Shown: positions 41,154-49,736 of the stretch, piece by piece
How the letters are laid out: every line of letters begins with the position of its first letter
How positions within the stretch are numbered: position 1 is the first letter of the stretch
Source of the DNA: Tagaea sp.
Lineage (GTDB): Bacteria > Pseudomonadota > Alphaproteobacteria > CACIAM-22H2
Direction of reading: 5' to 3'
Length of the DNA stretch: 64,000 bases
NCBI GenBank assembly: GCA_965279525.1
Contig: CBDIIB010000003.1
Coordinates: 448,001-512,000 of the forward strand
Translations under genes and position numbers: made by a program
The notes under the pieces: model-generated
What the model saw: the letters and a program-made list of their open reading frames with translations, nothing else
Told to the model about the DNA's origin: nothing
The model's database searches: none

Positions 41154-43184
41154 ATGACAGCCAAGGACTACGCGACCCTCGCGGCGCGACCCGAGAACGC
41201 CGGCCTGACGCTCGGAGAACTCTACGAGATTTCCGAGGACATTCCCTCCAACCCGTCCGCCAATCCGACGATCGGCGACGTGATCAATTCGCGCATGGGC
41301 CGGCGCGGCGTGCTCGGCGGCATGCTCGCGACGACGGCGATGGCGTCGATCCTCGGGCCGACGGCCGCGCGTGCGCAATCTGTCGCCGTCGGCATCCGGC
41401 CGAGCTTCGGCTTCACCGAGATCCAGCATGGCGTGGACGAACGCCACCATGTCGCACCCGGCTATGACGCCGACATCCTGCTGCGCTGGGGCGATCCGCT
41501 TTCGGCGAAGGCGCCGGCGTTCAATCCGGAGGCCCAGTCGGGCGAAGCGCAGGCCCAGCAGTTCGGCTACAACTGCGACTATGTCGGGTTCACGCCCCTT
41601 CCGCTCGGCTCGAAGAGCTCGGACCGCGGCCTGCTGTGCGTCAACCACGAGTACACCAGCCCCGAGCTCATGTTCCGCGGCGTGATGACCGCCGACGGCC
41701 GGCCCGACATGTCGAAGATGACCAAGGAGATCGTCGACATCGAGATGGCCGCGCACGGCGGCTCGGTCGTCGAGATCCGCAAGGGCGCCAACGGCAAGTG
41801 GTCCTATGTCCGCGACAGCGCGCTGAACCGGCGCATCACCGTCAACACGGTGATGACGATCGCAGGTCCGGCGGCCGGCCACGACCGGACGAAGACGGCC
41901 AGCGATCCCACGGGTCGCAGCGTGCTCGGCACGCTCAACAACTGCGCCGGCGGTATGACGCCGTGGGGTACCTACCTGATGGCCGAGGAGAATTTCCACG
42001 GCTATTTCGGCGGCAAGCTTGCCGAGGGTCACCGCGAGACGGCCAACCATCGCCGCTACGGCGTGCCGTCGGGCTGGTACAACTGGGCGGCCCATTATGG
42101 CCGCTTCGACTTGGCGCGCGAACCCAACGAGCCGAACCGCTTCGGCTGGGTCGTCGAGGTCGATCCGCACAATCCCAGATCCATGCCGGTGAAGCGCACG
42201 GCACTGGGCCGCACCAAGCATGAAGGCGCGGAGACCACCGTCGCGCGCGACGGGCGCGTGGTCGTCTATACGGGCGACGACGAGCGCTTCGAGTACGCCT
42301 ACAAGTTCGTCTCGGCCGGAAAATTCGATCCGCAGAACCGCGCTTCCAACATGAACCTGCTCGATGACGGCGTCCTGTACGTGGCCAGGTTCAACGCGGA
42401 CGGCTCGGGCGAGTGGATGCCGATGGTGTTCGGCCAGGGCGCGCTCACGGCGGCGAACGGCTTCGCGAGCCAGGCCGACGTGCTGATCGAGACACGCCGG
42501 GCGGCCGACGTCATGGGTGCCACGAAGATGGACCGCCCGGAGGACTTCGAGGCCAATCCGAAGACCGGCAAGGTCTATCTGGCGCTCACGAACAACAGCA
42601 ACCGCAAGGCCGACCAGATCGATCCGTCGAACCCGCGTGCGGAGAACAGCTGGGGCCACGTCATCGAGCTCTCGTATGCGAATGGCGACGTGACCGCGAC
42701 CCGCTTCCGTTGGGAGATGCTGGTGAAGTGCGGAAACCCCGCGCTCGCCAACGTGGGTGCCATGTACAACCCGGCGACCAGCGCCAACGGCTGGTTCGCG
42801 TGCCCCGACAACATGGCGGTCGATCCGCAGGGCCGCCTGTGGATCGGCACCGACCAGGGCGGCGGCTGGAAGGCCGCGTCCGGCACATCGGACGGGGTGT
42901 GGGCGATGGAAACGGAAGGTCCGCTGCGCGGCACGTCGCGCATGTTCTTCCGTGTTCCGGTCGGGGCTGAAGTCTGCGGCCTCTGCTTCACGCCCGACGG
43001 GCGCGCGATGACCGTGGCCGTCCAGCATCCGGGAACGGACGGCGCGAAGGACTATCCGCCGTTCGCCCGCCTGCCGACCTTCGACGATCCGCCGACGCGC
43101 TGGCCCGACTTCAGGGCCGGAATGCCTCCGCGCCCGTCGGTGGTGATCGTCACCAAGCGGGACGGCGGCACGATCGGTTCCTGA
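41154..43184 (+). CDS. phoX: PhoX family alkaline phosphatase, Tat-exported
   Basis: GRRGVL twin-arginine signal, CVNHEY, NNCAGG.TPWGTYL..EEN, MDRPED, CPDN, VQHPG. Confidence 0.94.
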   Translation: MTAKDYATLAARPENAGLTLGELYEISEDIPSNPSANPTIGDVINSRMGRRGVLGGMLATTAMASILGPTAARAQSVAVGIRPSFGFTEIQHGVDERHHVAPGYDADILLRWGDPLSAKAPAFNPEAQSGEAQAQQFGYNCDYVGFTPLPLGSKSSDRGLLCVNHEYTSPELMFRGVMTADGRPDMSKMTKEIVDIEMAAHGGSVVEIRKGANGKWSYVRDSALNRRITVNTVMTIAGPAAGHDRTKTASDPTGRSVLGTLNNCAGGMTPWGTYLMAEENFHGYFGGKLAEGHRETANHRRYGVPSGWYNWAAHYGRFDLAREPNEPNRFGWVVEVDPHNPRSMPVKRTALGRTKHEGAETTVARDGRVVVYTGDDERFEYAYKFVSAGKFDPQNRASNMNLLDDGVLYVARFNADGSGEWMPMVFGQGALTAANGFASQADVLIETRRAADVMGATKMDRPEDFEANPKTGKVYLALTNNSNRKADQIDPSNPRAENSWGHVIELSYANGDVTATRFRWEMLVKCGNPALANVGAMYNPATSANGWFACPDNMAVDPQGRLWIGTDQGGGWKAASGTSDGVWAMETEGPLRGTSRMFFRVPVGAEVCGLCFTPDGRAMTVAVQHPGTDGAKDYPPFARLPTFDDPPTRWPDFRAGMPPRPSVVIVTKRDGGTIGS

Positions 43185-43193
43185 CGTTCCGGG

Positions 43194-43228
43194 ACGCCGC
43201 GAGAGGTTTCCTCTCGCGGCGTTTATTT
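43194..43228 (+). terminator. Rho-independent terminator after phoX
   Basis: ACGCCGCGAGAGG-TTT-CCTCTCGCGGCGT followed by TTATTT. Confidence 0.85.
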
Positions 43229-43262
43229 GGCACATTGGCCGGATGCCTCGACATCCGAGTCC

Positions 43263-44153
43263 GTGCCCGTGACAGTCCAGATTCCGCCGCAAGGCCGGCC
43301 GTGGGTCGGGATCCTTCTCGTCTGCGGCGCGATGCTGTGCTTCGCGGCCCTCGACACGGTCGCGAAGTACCTGACGCGCGACTACCATTCGCTCCAGGTC
43401 GTGTGGGGGCGCTATTTCTTCCATGCCCTGCTGCTGGTGCCGTTCGTCTGGCGGCGCGGCCTGCGCCGTTCGTTCGCCACCGCGAACCCGAAACTGCAGG
43501 CCGGCCGCGCGGTGCTCATCAGCATCATCACGTTCATGTTCTTCACGACGCTGAGCTACCTGCCGCTGGTCGACGCGCAGGCGATCAGCTTCACGATGCC
43601 GCTGATCCTGACCGCGATCGCCTTCTTCTTCCTCGGCGAGAAGGTCGGCCCGCGCCGCTGGGCGGCGGTGGCGGTGGGGTTCGTGGGCGTGCTGTTCATC
43701 ATCCGGCCGACCGGCGACACGATGCACTGGGCGGCCCTGCTGTGCCTCGCGTGTGCCGCCCTCAACGCGGTCTTCCACCTGATGACGCGCCGGCTCGCGC
43801 GCACCGACAGCCCGGATGTCGGCATCGCCTATGCGGGGTTCACGGGTGCGGCGGTCTTCTCGCTTGTCGTGCCAAGCGTTTGGCGCACGCCGGACGCAAG
43901 TGCCATGCTGATGCTCGCGAGCATGGGCGTGCTGGGCGCCACGGGCCACTACTGGCTGAGCCAGGCCTATATCCACGCGCGCGCCGTCGTCATAGCGCCT
44001 TACATCTATCTCCAGATGGTCTGGGTGGCGTTGTTCGGCTTCGTGCTGTTCGGTGATGTGCCGAGCCTGTCGACCAGCCTCGGCACGGCGATCGTCGTCG
44101 GCGCCGGCCTCTATGTCTTCGCGCGCGAGCGCAAGCTGAAGGGCGAGGGATGA
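43263..44153 (+). CDS. DMT/EamA family transporter (start uncertain)
   Basis: About 10 TM segments, FLGEKVGPRRW, IAPYIYLQMVW, LFGDVP. Confidence 0.88.
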   Translation: MPVTVQIPPQGRPWVGILLVCGAMLCFAALDTVAKYLTRDYHSLQVVWGRYFFHALLLVPFVWRRGLRRSFATANPKLQAGRAVLISIITFMFFTTLSYLPLVDAQAISFTMPLILTAIAFFFLGEKVGPRRWAAVAVGFVGVLFIIRPTGDTMHWAALLCLACAALNAVFHLMTRRLARTDSPDVGIAYAGFTGAAVFSLVVPSVWRTPDASAMLMLASMGVLGATGHYWLSQAYIHARAVVIAPYIYLQMVWVALFGFVLFGDVPSLSTSLGTAIVVGAGLYVFARERKLKGEG

Positions 44154-44686
44154 GGGCGCTGCTTGCCGCCGCGACCGTCGCGCTTTGCCTTGCAGGACCG
44201 GGCCGTGCAGGACCGGTGCATGCACAGACGCCGGCCGAGGACGCGCAGACCTATGATGCCGGACTCAAGGCGTATCTTGCGGGCGATCCGGCGGCGGCCT
44301 GGTTCTTCTGGCTGGGGCCGGCCGAGCGCGGCCATCGCGACGCGCAGTTCTCGATTGGGCATCTCTACCGGACGGGCGAGGGTGTTCCGTCCGATCCTGT
44401 TTCGGCGGCGCAGTGGTTCACGCGCGCCGCCGAGCAGGGCGATCCGCACGCCATGCTCAACCTCGCCTTGATGCACGAGCAGGGGGCGGGCGTGGCGCGC
44501 GACCTGGCGTTGGGCTATGCGCATGCCGCACGCGCCGGACGCCTGCTGGAGGGCGAGGATTTCGAACGCGCGCGCGTGGCGGCCGCGCGCATCGCGATCG
44601 GGTTCGCACCGGGCGAGGCCGACCGGGCGCGCCGGCTTATCATCGAACTCGACCGCCGCCGGCCGGTCCCGCCACGTCCGCAGTAG
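44150..44686 (+). CDS. secreted Sel1-like repeat protein
   Basis: Signal peptide, AERGHRDAQFSIGHLYRTGEGV, AAEQGDPHAMLNLALMHEQGAGV. Confidence 0.85.
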   Translation: MRALLAAATVALCLAGPGRAGPVHAQTPAEDAQTYDAGLKAYLAGDPAAAWFFWLGPAERGHRDAQFSIGHLYRTGEGVPSDPVSAAQWFTRAAEQGDPHAMLNLALMHEQGAGVARDLALGYAHAARAGRLLEGEDFERARVAAARIAIGFAPGEADRARRLIIELDRRRPVPPRPQ

Positions 44687-44752
44687 GATATTTTTGCTGA
44701 CCGGGCCGGAGCGCCGCGCGAATCTTCCGCCGACCGCAAATCGGTTGCCGTG

Positions 44753-44785
44753 AAACAGGTTACGACAGGTTACGGTAACCTGTTT
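44753..44785. repeat. tandem plus inverted repeat (ACAGGTTACG x2, then GTAACCTGTTT)
   Basis: Copies at 44755-44764 and 44765-44774; inverted arm at 44775-44785. Confidence 0.8.
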
Positions 44786-44972
44786 AAAGCATTGAAATTA
44801 AAAGATTGTAACGTTAATTGAGATTTTCTATCCGTTTGTAGTCTGCGAAGAAATCAGTCGGTCACCCCGACCTCGACCTGCCGGCATGGTGCGCGCATAT
44901 TTACCATGTCAAAGAGCGAATAGGAACTTACTCTATGACAGGTCGATCCGGATTACAACCCTGGAGTCAGCC

Positions 44973-45182
44973 CTACTTCTTGGCCTTCTCGGACTTGCGC
45001 GCTTCGCTCTTGCCCTTCGTCGCGTCCTTCTTCGAAGCGTTCGTCTCGCGCACCTGCGACGCACGCTCCTTGCCGCGCACTTCGCCGGCCTTGTTCGCGC
45101 GATCGGGCTGCTGCTGGGCGAATGCGGGCGTGCCGGTAATCGCGAGAAGCACGGCAGAGGCGAGAAGCATCGTGCGTTTCAT
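44973..45182 (-). CDS. small secreted Lys-rich hypothetical protein (69 aa)
   Basis: GGGAGA RBS, signal peptide MKRTMLLASAVLLAITGTPAFA, charged low-complexity tail. Confidence 0.7.
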   Translation of the reverse strand: MKRTMLLASAVLLAITGTPAFAQQQPDRANKAGEVRGKERASQVRETNASKKDATKGKSEARKSEKAKK

Positions 45183-45193
45183 GGCGGTTCTCC

Positions 45194-45964
45194 CTATTTC
45201 CCCTTGAAGATCGCGGGGCGTTTTTCGATGAAGGCCGCAACACCCTCCCGGAAATCCGCAGTCGCGACAAGCGTGGAGAATGCCTTGCGCTCGAACTGCA
45301 GGCCCTGCTCCAGCGGAACGTCGCGCGCGGCGAGCACCAGTTCCTTGGCAAGACGGATGGCGAGCACGGGCTTTTCGGCGATCTTCGCGGCGAGTGCGAC
45401 GGCGCGCGCGGCGACTTCCAAGTCCGGCACGGTTTCGGCGACAAGGCCGCACTGGCGTGCCTCGGCAGCCGAGATCATCTCGCCCGACAGGATCAGCTTC
45501 ATCGCGACCTGCTGGCCGGCGATGCGCGCCAGGCGCTGCGTGCCGCCGGCACCGGGCACCACGCCGAGATTGACCTCCGGCTGGCCGAACCTGGCACCTT
45601 CGCCCGCGACGACGATGTCGGCATGCATGGCAAGCTCGCACCCGCCACCCAGCGCATAGCCGCACACGGCGGCCACGACCGGCTTGGGGAAGCGGCGGAA
45701 GCGCTGCCAGTGGCCGACGCGCGCGTCGAGCAGGGCCGTGACGGCATCGCGCGTCGCGAGTTCCTTGATGTCGGCGCCCGCCGCGAAGACCTTGTCGCCG
45801 CCGGTGACGATCACGGCGCGGATCGCGTCGTCCGCAGCCGCGGCGTCGAGCGCGTCAGCGAGCAGGCCGAGCAGGGCGGTCGACAGCGCGTTGCGCGCCG
45901 CCGGGCGGTTGAGAGTCAGGCGCCGCACGCCGGGGGCGGGGTCGTCGGTAAGAAGGTCGGTCAT
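45194..45964 (-). CDS. enoyl-CoA hydratase (PaaF-like crotonase)
   Basis: LNRPAARNALS, FAAGADIKE, ALGGGCEL, FGQPEVNLG, PGAGGTQRL. Confidence 0.9.
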   Translation of the reverse strand: MTDLLTDDPAPGVRRLTLNRPAARNALSTALLGLLADALDAAAADDAIRAVIVTGGDKVFAAGADIKELATRDAVTALLDARVGHWQRFRRFPKPVVAAVCGYALGGGCELAMHADIVVAGEGARFGQPEVNLGVVPGAGGTQRLARIAGQQVAMKLILSGEMISAAEARQCGLVAETVPDLEVAARAVALAAKIAEKPVLAIRLAKELVLAARDVPLEQGLQFERKAFSTLVATADFREGVAAFIEKRPAIFKGK

Positions 45965-46004
45965 GGCGTTCAGCTTATCAGAATGGCGTTCAGCCTATCA
46001 GAAT
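45963..46004. repeat. 20-bp tandem duplication overlapping the hydratase start
   Basis: ATGGCGTTCAGCTTATCAGA / ATGGCGTTCAGCCTATCAGA, one mismatch. Confidence 0.85.
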
Positions 46005-46036
46005 CGAAACCCCCGCCGGGCGGGACCCGGCGGGGG
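46003..46036 (-). terminator. Rho-independent terminator of the small-ORF unit
   Basis: 11-bp GC stem CCCCCGCCGGG/CCCGGCGGGGG (46010-46036) followed by TTTCG on the minus strand. Confidence 0.7.
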
Positions 46037-46071
46037 TCGGATCGAATGCCGTTAAGGAGCCTTTCGGCCCG

Positions 46072-46191
46072 TCATCCCACGTCGGAGGCGATCGCTGAGG
46101 TCGTCGTCCGCGCATGGCCTGCCCCGGATTTCTCCAAAGCGGTCACGGCAAGCACCGGCACGAAGCCGGAATTGAACGATCCTGTGCGCAC
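46072..46191 (-). CDS. candidate 39-aa small peptide (MRTGSFNSGFVPVLAVTALEKSGAGHARTTTSAIASDVG)
   Basis: GTG directly preceded by GAAAGGAGGTGATCCA; own promoter and terminator candidates. Confidence 0.55.
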   Translation of the reverse strand: MRTGSFNSGFVPVLAVTALEKSGAGHARTTTSAIASDVG

Positions 46192-46336
46192 TGGATCACC
46201 TCCTTTCGTGGCGGCGACCGGCCCGCGATCCCGCGCGGACGTCGTATCGGTCGCCGGAAGGACGGATAGGGCCGCCCACCCATCCGGACCCTTCTCCCGA
46301 TGAACGGGCGAATCGGTCCGGACCATCGACCCCCGA

Positions 46337-46366
46337 ATCATGCGGGAGGCGGAGTCAGCCGGTCAA
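46337..46366 (-). promoter_or_regulatory. sigma70-type promoter candidate for the small-ORF unit
   Basis: TTGACC-N18-CATGAT on the minus strand, with two GANTC sites in or overlapping it. Confidence 0.5.
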
Positions 46367-46372
46367 GCAGGA

Positions 46373-47057
<685 letters not shown>

Positions 47058-47065
<8 letters not shown>

Positions 47066-47819
47066 CGCCGTCTCCCAGATAGGCCGCGCGGACCTCGGCG
47101 TTGGCGCGGATCGCCTCGGGCACGTCGCATGCGATGACGCGCCCGTAGACCAGCACGGTGATGCGGTCGGCGAGCGCGAACACCACGTCCATGTCGTGCT
47201 CGATCAGCAGGATCGTCTCTTCGCCTTTCAGGCGCGCCAAAAGCTGCGTCATGCGCTCGGATTCGTCCTTGCCCATGCCGGCCATTGGCTCGTCGAGCAG
47301 CAGCAGGCGCGGGCGCGTGGCCAGCGCCATCGCGATCTCGAGCTGGCGCTGTTCGCCGTGCGCGAGATTGACTGCGCGCACGTCGGCGCGCGCCCCCAGC
47401 CCGACGCGTTCGAGGATCGCGCGCGCCGGATCGCGCAGCGCACCTTCGGCGCGTGCGGACTGCCAGAAACGGAACGAATGCCCGTCCTGCGCCTGCACGG
47501 CCATCGCGACGTTGTCGAGGGCCGTGAAGCCGCGGAAGATCTGCGTGATCTGGTAAGAGCGCGCGATGCCGAGACGCGCGCGCGCGTCGACGGCCAAGCC
47601 GGTCACGTCCGCCCCGTCGAACGCGATGGTGCCGCCATTGGGGATGATCTCGCCGGCGAGCTGGGCGACCAGCGTGGTCTTGCCGGCCCCGTTCGGGCCG
47701 ATGATCGCGTGGATCTCGCCGCGCCGCACGTCGAGCGAGACGTTGTCGGTCGCCGTCAGGCCACCGAAGCGCTTGACCAGCCGATCGACCGACAGGAGCG
47801 TGTCAGTGGCCGCCGCCAT
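47058..47819 (-). CDS. Liv-type ABC transporter ATP-binding protein (LivG-like)
   Basis: GPNGAGKTT, DEPMAG, IEHDMD, VRAAYLG. Confidence 0.92.
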
Positions 47820-48795
47820 GGCGATCCTCCTTCGGCAGGAACCAGCCGAAAATCCCGCGCCGCGCGAACAGCACCAGCAGCAGCAGGATCGGGCCGAACA
47901 CGACCATCCAGTGCTCGGTATAGTCGGGCAGTGTCTTTTCGAGGAACAGGAACGCGACGGCGCCGACCACCGGGCCGACCAGCGTGCCGAGGCCGCCCAG
48001 CACGACCATGACGATGAGGTCGCCCGAGCGCGTCCAGTGCATGATCGACGGGCTGATGTAGCTTTCGTGCGCCGCGAACAGGGCGCCGGCAAGGCCTGCG
48101 GTGGCACCGGCGATGGCGAAGGCCGCCAGCTTGTAGCGCGTGGTCGGGAAGCCCAGCGCCTTCATGCGTCGTTCGTTCTCGCGGCAGCCCTGCACGACCA
48201 GGCCGAAGCGCGAATTGACCAGCCGGCGTCCGCCATAGAGCACGGCGCACAGCACGGCGAGGACCAGATAGTAGAACGCCGCGTCGTCCTGCGTGTCGAT
48301 GAAGCCGAAGGCCACCGTGTCGCCGTCGAAGCGCAGCCCGTCGTCGCCGCCATAGGCGCGCAACGACACGAAGAAGAAATAGATCATCTGCGCGAAGGCG
48401 AGCGTGATCATGATGAAATAGATGCCCGTCGTGCGCAGGCTGACGAGGCCGATCAGGGCCGCGATGGCGCCCGACACGAGGATGGCGGCCGGCCACGTGA
48501 ACAGCACGTTGTTGGTGCCCATCCAGTCGCCGAGCAGCGGCACCTCGCGGCCCGCGTGCCAGTTCAGGATCGCCACGACATAGGCGCCGATCCCGAAGAA
48601 GGCGGCATGGCCGAAACAGACCATGCCGCCATACCCGAGGATCAGGTCGAGACTGACGGCCGCGATCGCGAAGATCAGGATCCGGCGGAACTGGGCGATC
48701 TGGTACTCCTGCCCCACCGCCGTGACGACGAGGGGCAGGGCTGCAAGGGCGAGCAGCAGCACGATCACGAACCAGGTGCGGCGGTCGAGCTTCAT
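47803..48795 (-). CDS. Liv-type ABC transporter permease (LivM-like)
   Basis: GHAAFFGIGAY, YFIMITLAF, VLGGLGTLVGP. Confidence 0.9.
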   Translation of the reverse strand: MKLDRRTWFVIVLLLALAALPLVVTAVGQEYQIAQFRRILIFAIAAVSLDLILGYGGMVCFGHAAFFGIGAYVVAILNWHAGREVPLLGDWMGTNNVLFTWPAAILVSGAIAALIGLVSLRTTGIYFIMITLAFAQMIYFFFVSLRAYGGDDGLRFDGDTVAFGFIDTQDDAAFYYLVLAVLCAVLYGGRRLVNSRFGLVVQGCRENERRMKALGFPTTRYKLAAFAIAGATAGLAGALFAAHESYISPSIMHWTRSGDLIVMVVLGGLGTLVGPVVGAVAFLFLEKTLPDYTEHWMVVFGPILLLLVLFARRGIFGWFLPKEDRHGGGH

Positions 48796-48799
48796 CGCT

Positions 48800-49687
48800 T
48801 CACGCCCGCGCCGAGAACAGGCCGGCGGGCTTCCAGAACAGCACCGTCGCCATCAGGATGTAGATCGCCATCTCGGCCAGTGCCGTCGGCAGGCCGAGCT
48901 GGGCCGGCACGATGCGCCCGAACGTGTCGACCACGCCCACGATGATCGCCGCGACGAAGGCACCCCGGATCGACCCGATGCCGCCGATGACGATCACGAC
49001 GAACGTCTTGATCAGCATCGAATCGCCCATGCCGATCTCGACCACGTAGATCGGGCCGGCCATGGCGCCGGCGAGCGCGGCGAGGGCCGCCCCCAGTGCG
49101 AAGACCAGCGTGTAGAGCAGCTTGATGTCGACGCCCAGCGCCCCGATCATCTCGCGGTTGGAGGCACCAGCACGGATCAGCATGCCCACGCGCGTGCGCG
49201 CGATCAGCCACCACAGGCCCAGCGCCACCGCCAGTCCCACCGCGAGCACGACGAGCCGGTAGACGGGGTAGGGCGCACCCGGGATGAGCTCGACGCGCCC
49301 GGCGAGGAAGGCGGGCACGTCGATGAAGATCGCGACCGGCCCCCACACGATCTTGACGAGCTCGTTGAAGAACAGGATCAGGCCGAACGTGGCGAGCACC
49401 TGATCGAGATGGTCGCGCGCATAGAGCGTGCGCAGCGCCACGGTCTCGACCGCAAGACCGACGATGAACGTGCCGGCGACGGCAAGCGGGACGGCCAGCA
49501 GGAAGCTGCCGGTCCACTGGGTGAAGGTCGCGGTCAGGAAGGCGCCGACCATGTAGAGCGAGCCGTGCGCCAGGTTGACCATGTTCATGATGCCGAAGAC
49601 GAGCGTCAGCCCGGCGGCCATCAAGAACAGCGTGACGCCGAGCTGCAGCCCGTTCAGCGTCTGCTCGAGGAGGAGGAGGAGGGACAA
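48800..49687 (-). CDS. Liv-type ABC transporter permease (LivH-like)
   Basis: GLTLVFGIMNMVNLAHG, VIGGIGSIRGA, KPAGLF. Confidence 0.9.
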   Translation of the reverse strand: MSLLLLLEQTLNGLQLGVTLFLMAAGLTLVFGIMNMVNLAHGSLYMVGAFLTATFTQWTGSFLLAVPLAVAGTFIVGLAVETVALRTLYARDHLDQVLATFGLILFFNELVKIVWGPVAIFIDVPAFLAGRVELIPGAPYPVYRLVVLAVGLAVALGLWWLIARTRVGMLIRAGASNREMIGALGVDIKLLYTLVFALGAALAALAGAMAGPIYVVEIGMGDSMLIKTFVVIVIGGIGSIRGAFVAAIIVGVVDTFGRIVPAQLGLPTALAEMAIYILMATVLFWKPAGLFSARA

Positions 49688-49700
49688 GGGCGCGCAAGAT

Positions 49701-49728
49701 CCGCCCCTGCACCGAAGTGCAGGGGCGG
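49701..49728 (-). other. intercistronic 12-bp hairpin with cUUCGg loop (probable mRNA-stabilising stem after the SBP gene)
   Basis: CCGCCCCTGCAC-CGAA-GTGCAGGGGCGG on plus; the loop reads TTCG on the transcribed strand. Confidence 0.65.
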
Positions 49729-49736
49729 GGCAGCGT

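Noticed and set aside
41070-44225. 1051-aa minus-strand ORF and the many other long shadow ORFs (e.g. 50404-52785, 14393-16318, 32776-34593)
   Set aside because: Antisense or off-frame to well-supported genes, Arg/Ala/Gly-rich and motif-free; expected from stop-codon scarcity at high GC.
44918-44930. FRT-like arm (AAGTTCCTATTC on minus) or LexA box
   Set aside because: Single arm without spacer and second arm; GTTC-N6-GCTC does not fit the alphaproteobacterial GTTC-N7-GTTC box.
44753-46004. CRISPR array from the short repeats at 44755 and 45963
   Set aside because: Two directly adjacent copies each, no spacers, no cas genes.
46191-46207. 16S rRNA gene or fragment
   Set aside because: Only the terminal 17 nt match; the preceding helix 44/45 sequence (AAGTCGTAACAAGGTAGCCGTAGG...) is absent.
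46003-46366. tmRNA, RNase P RNA, SRP or 6S RNA
   Set aside because: No ANDN-type tag frame or tRNA-like end, no GAGGAAAGTCC, no CAGGTCCGGAAGGAAGCAG motif; nothing specifically supports 6S.
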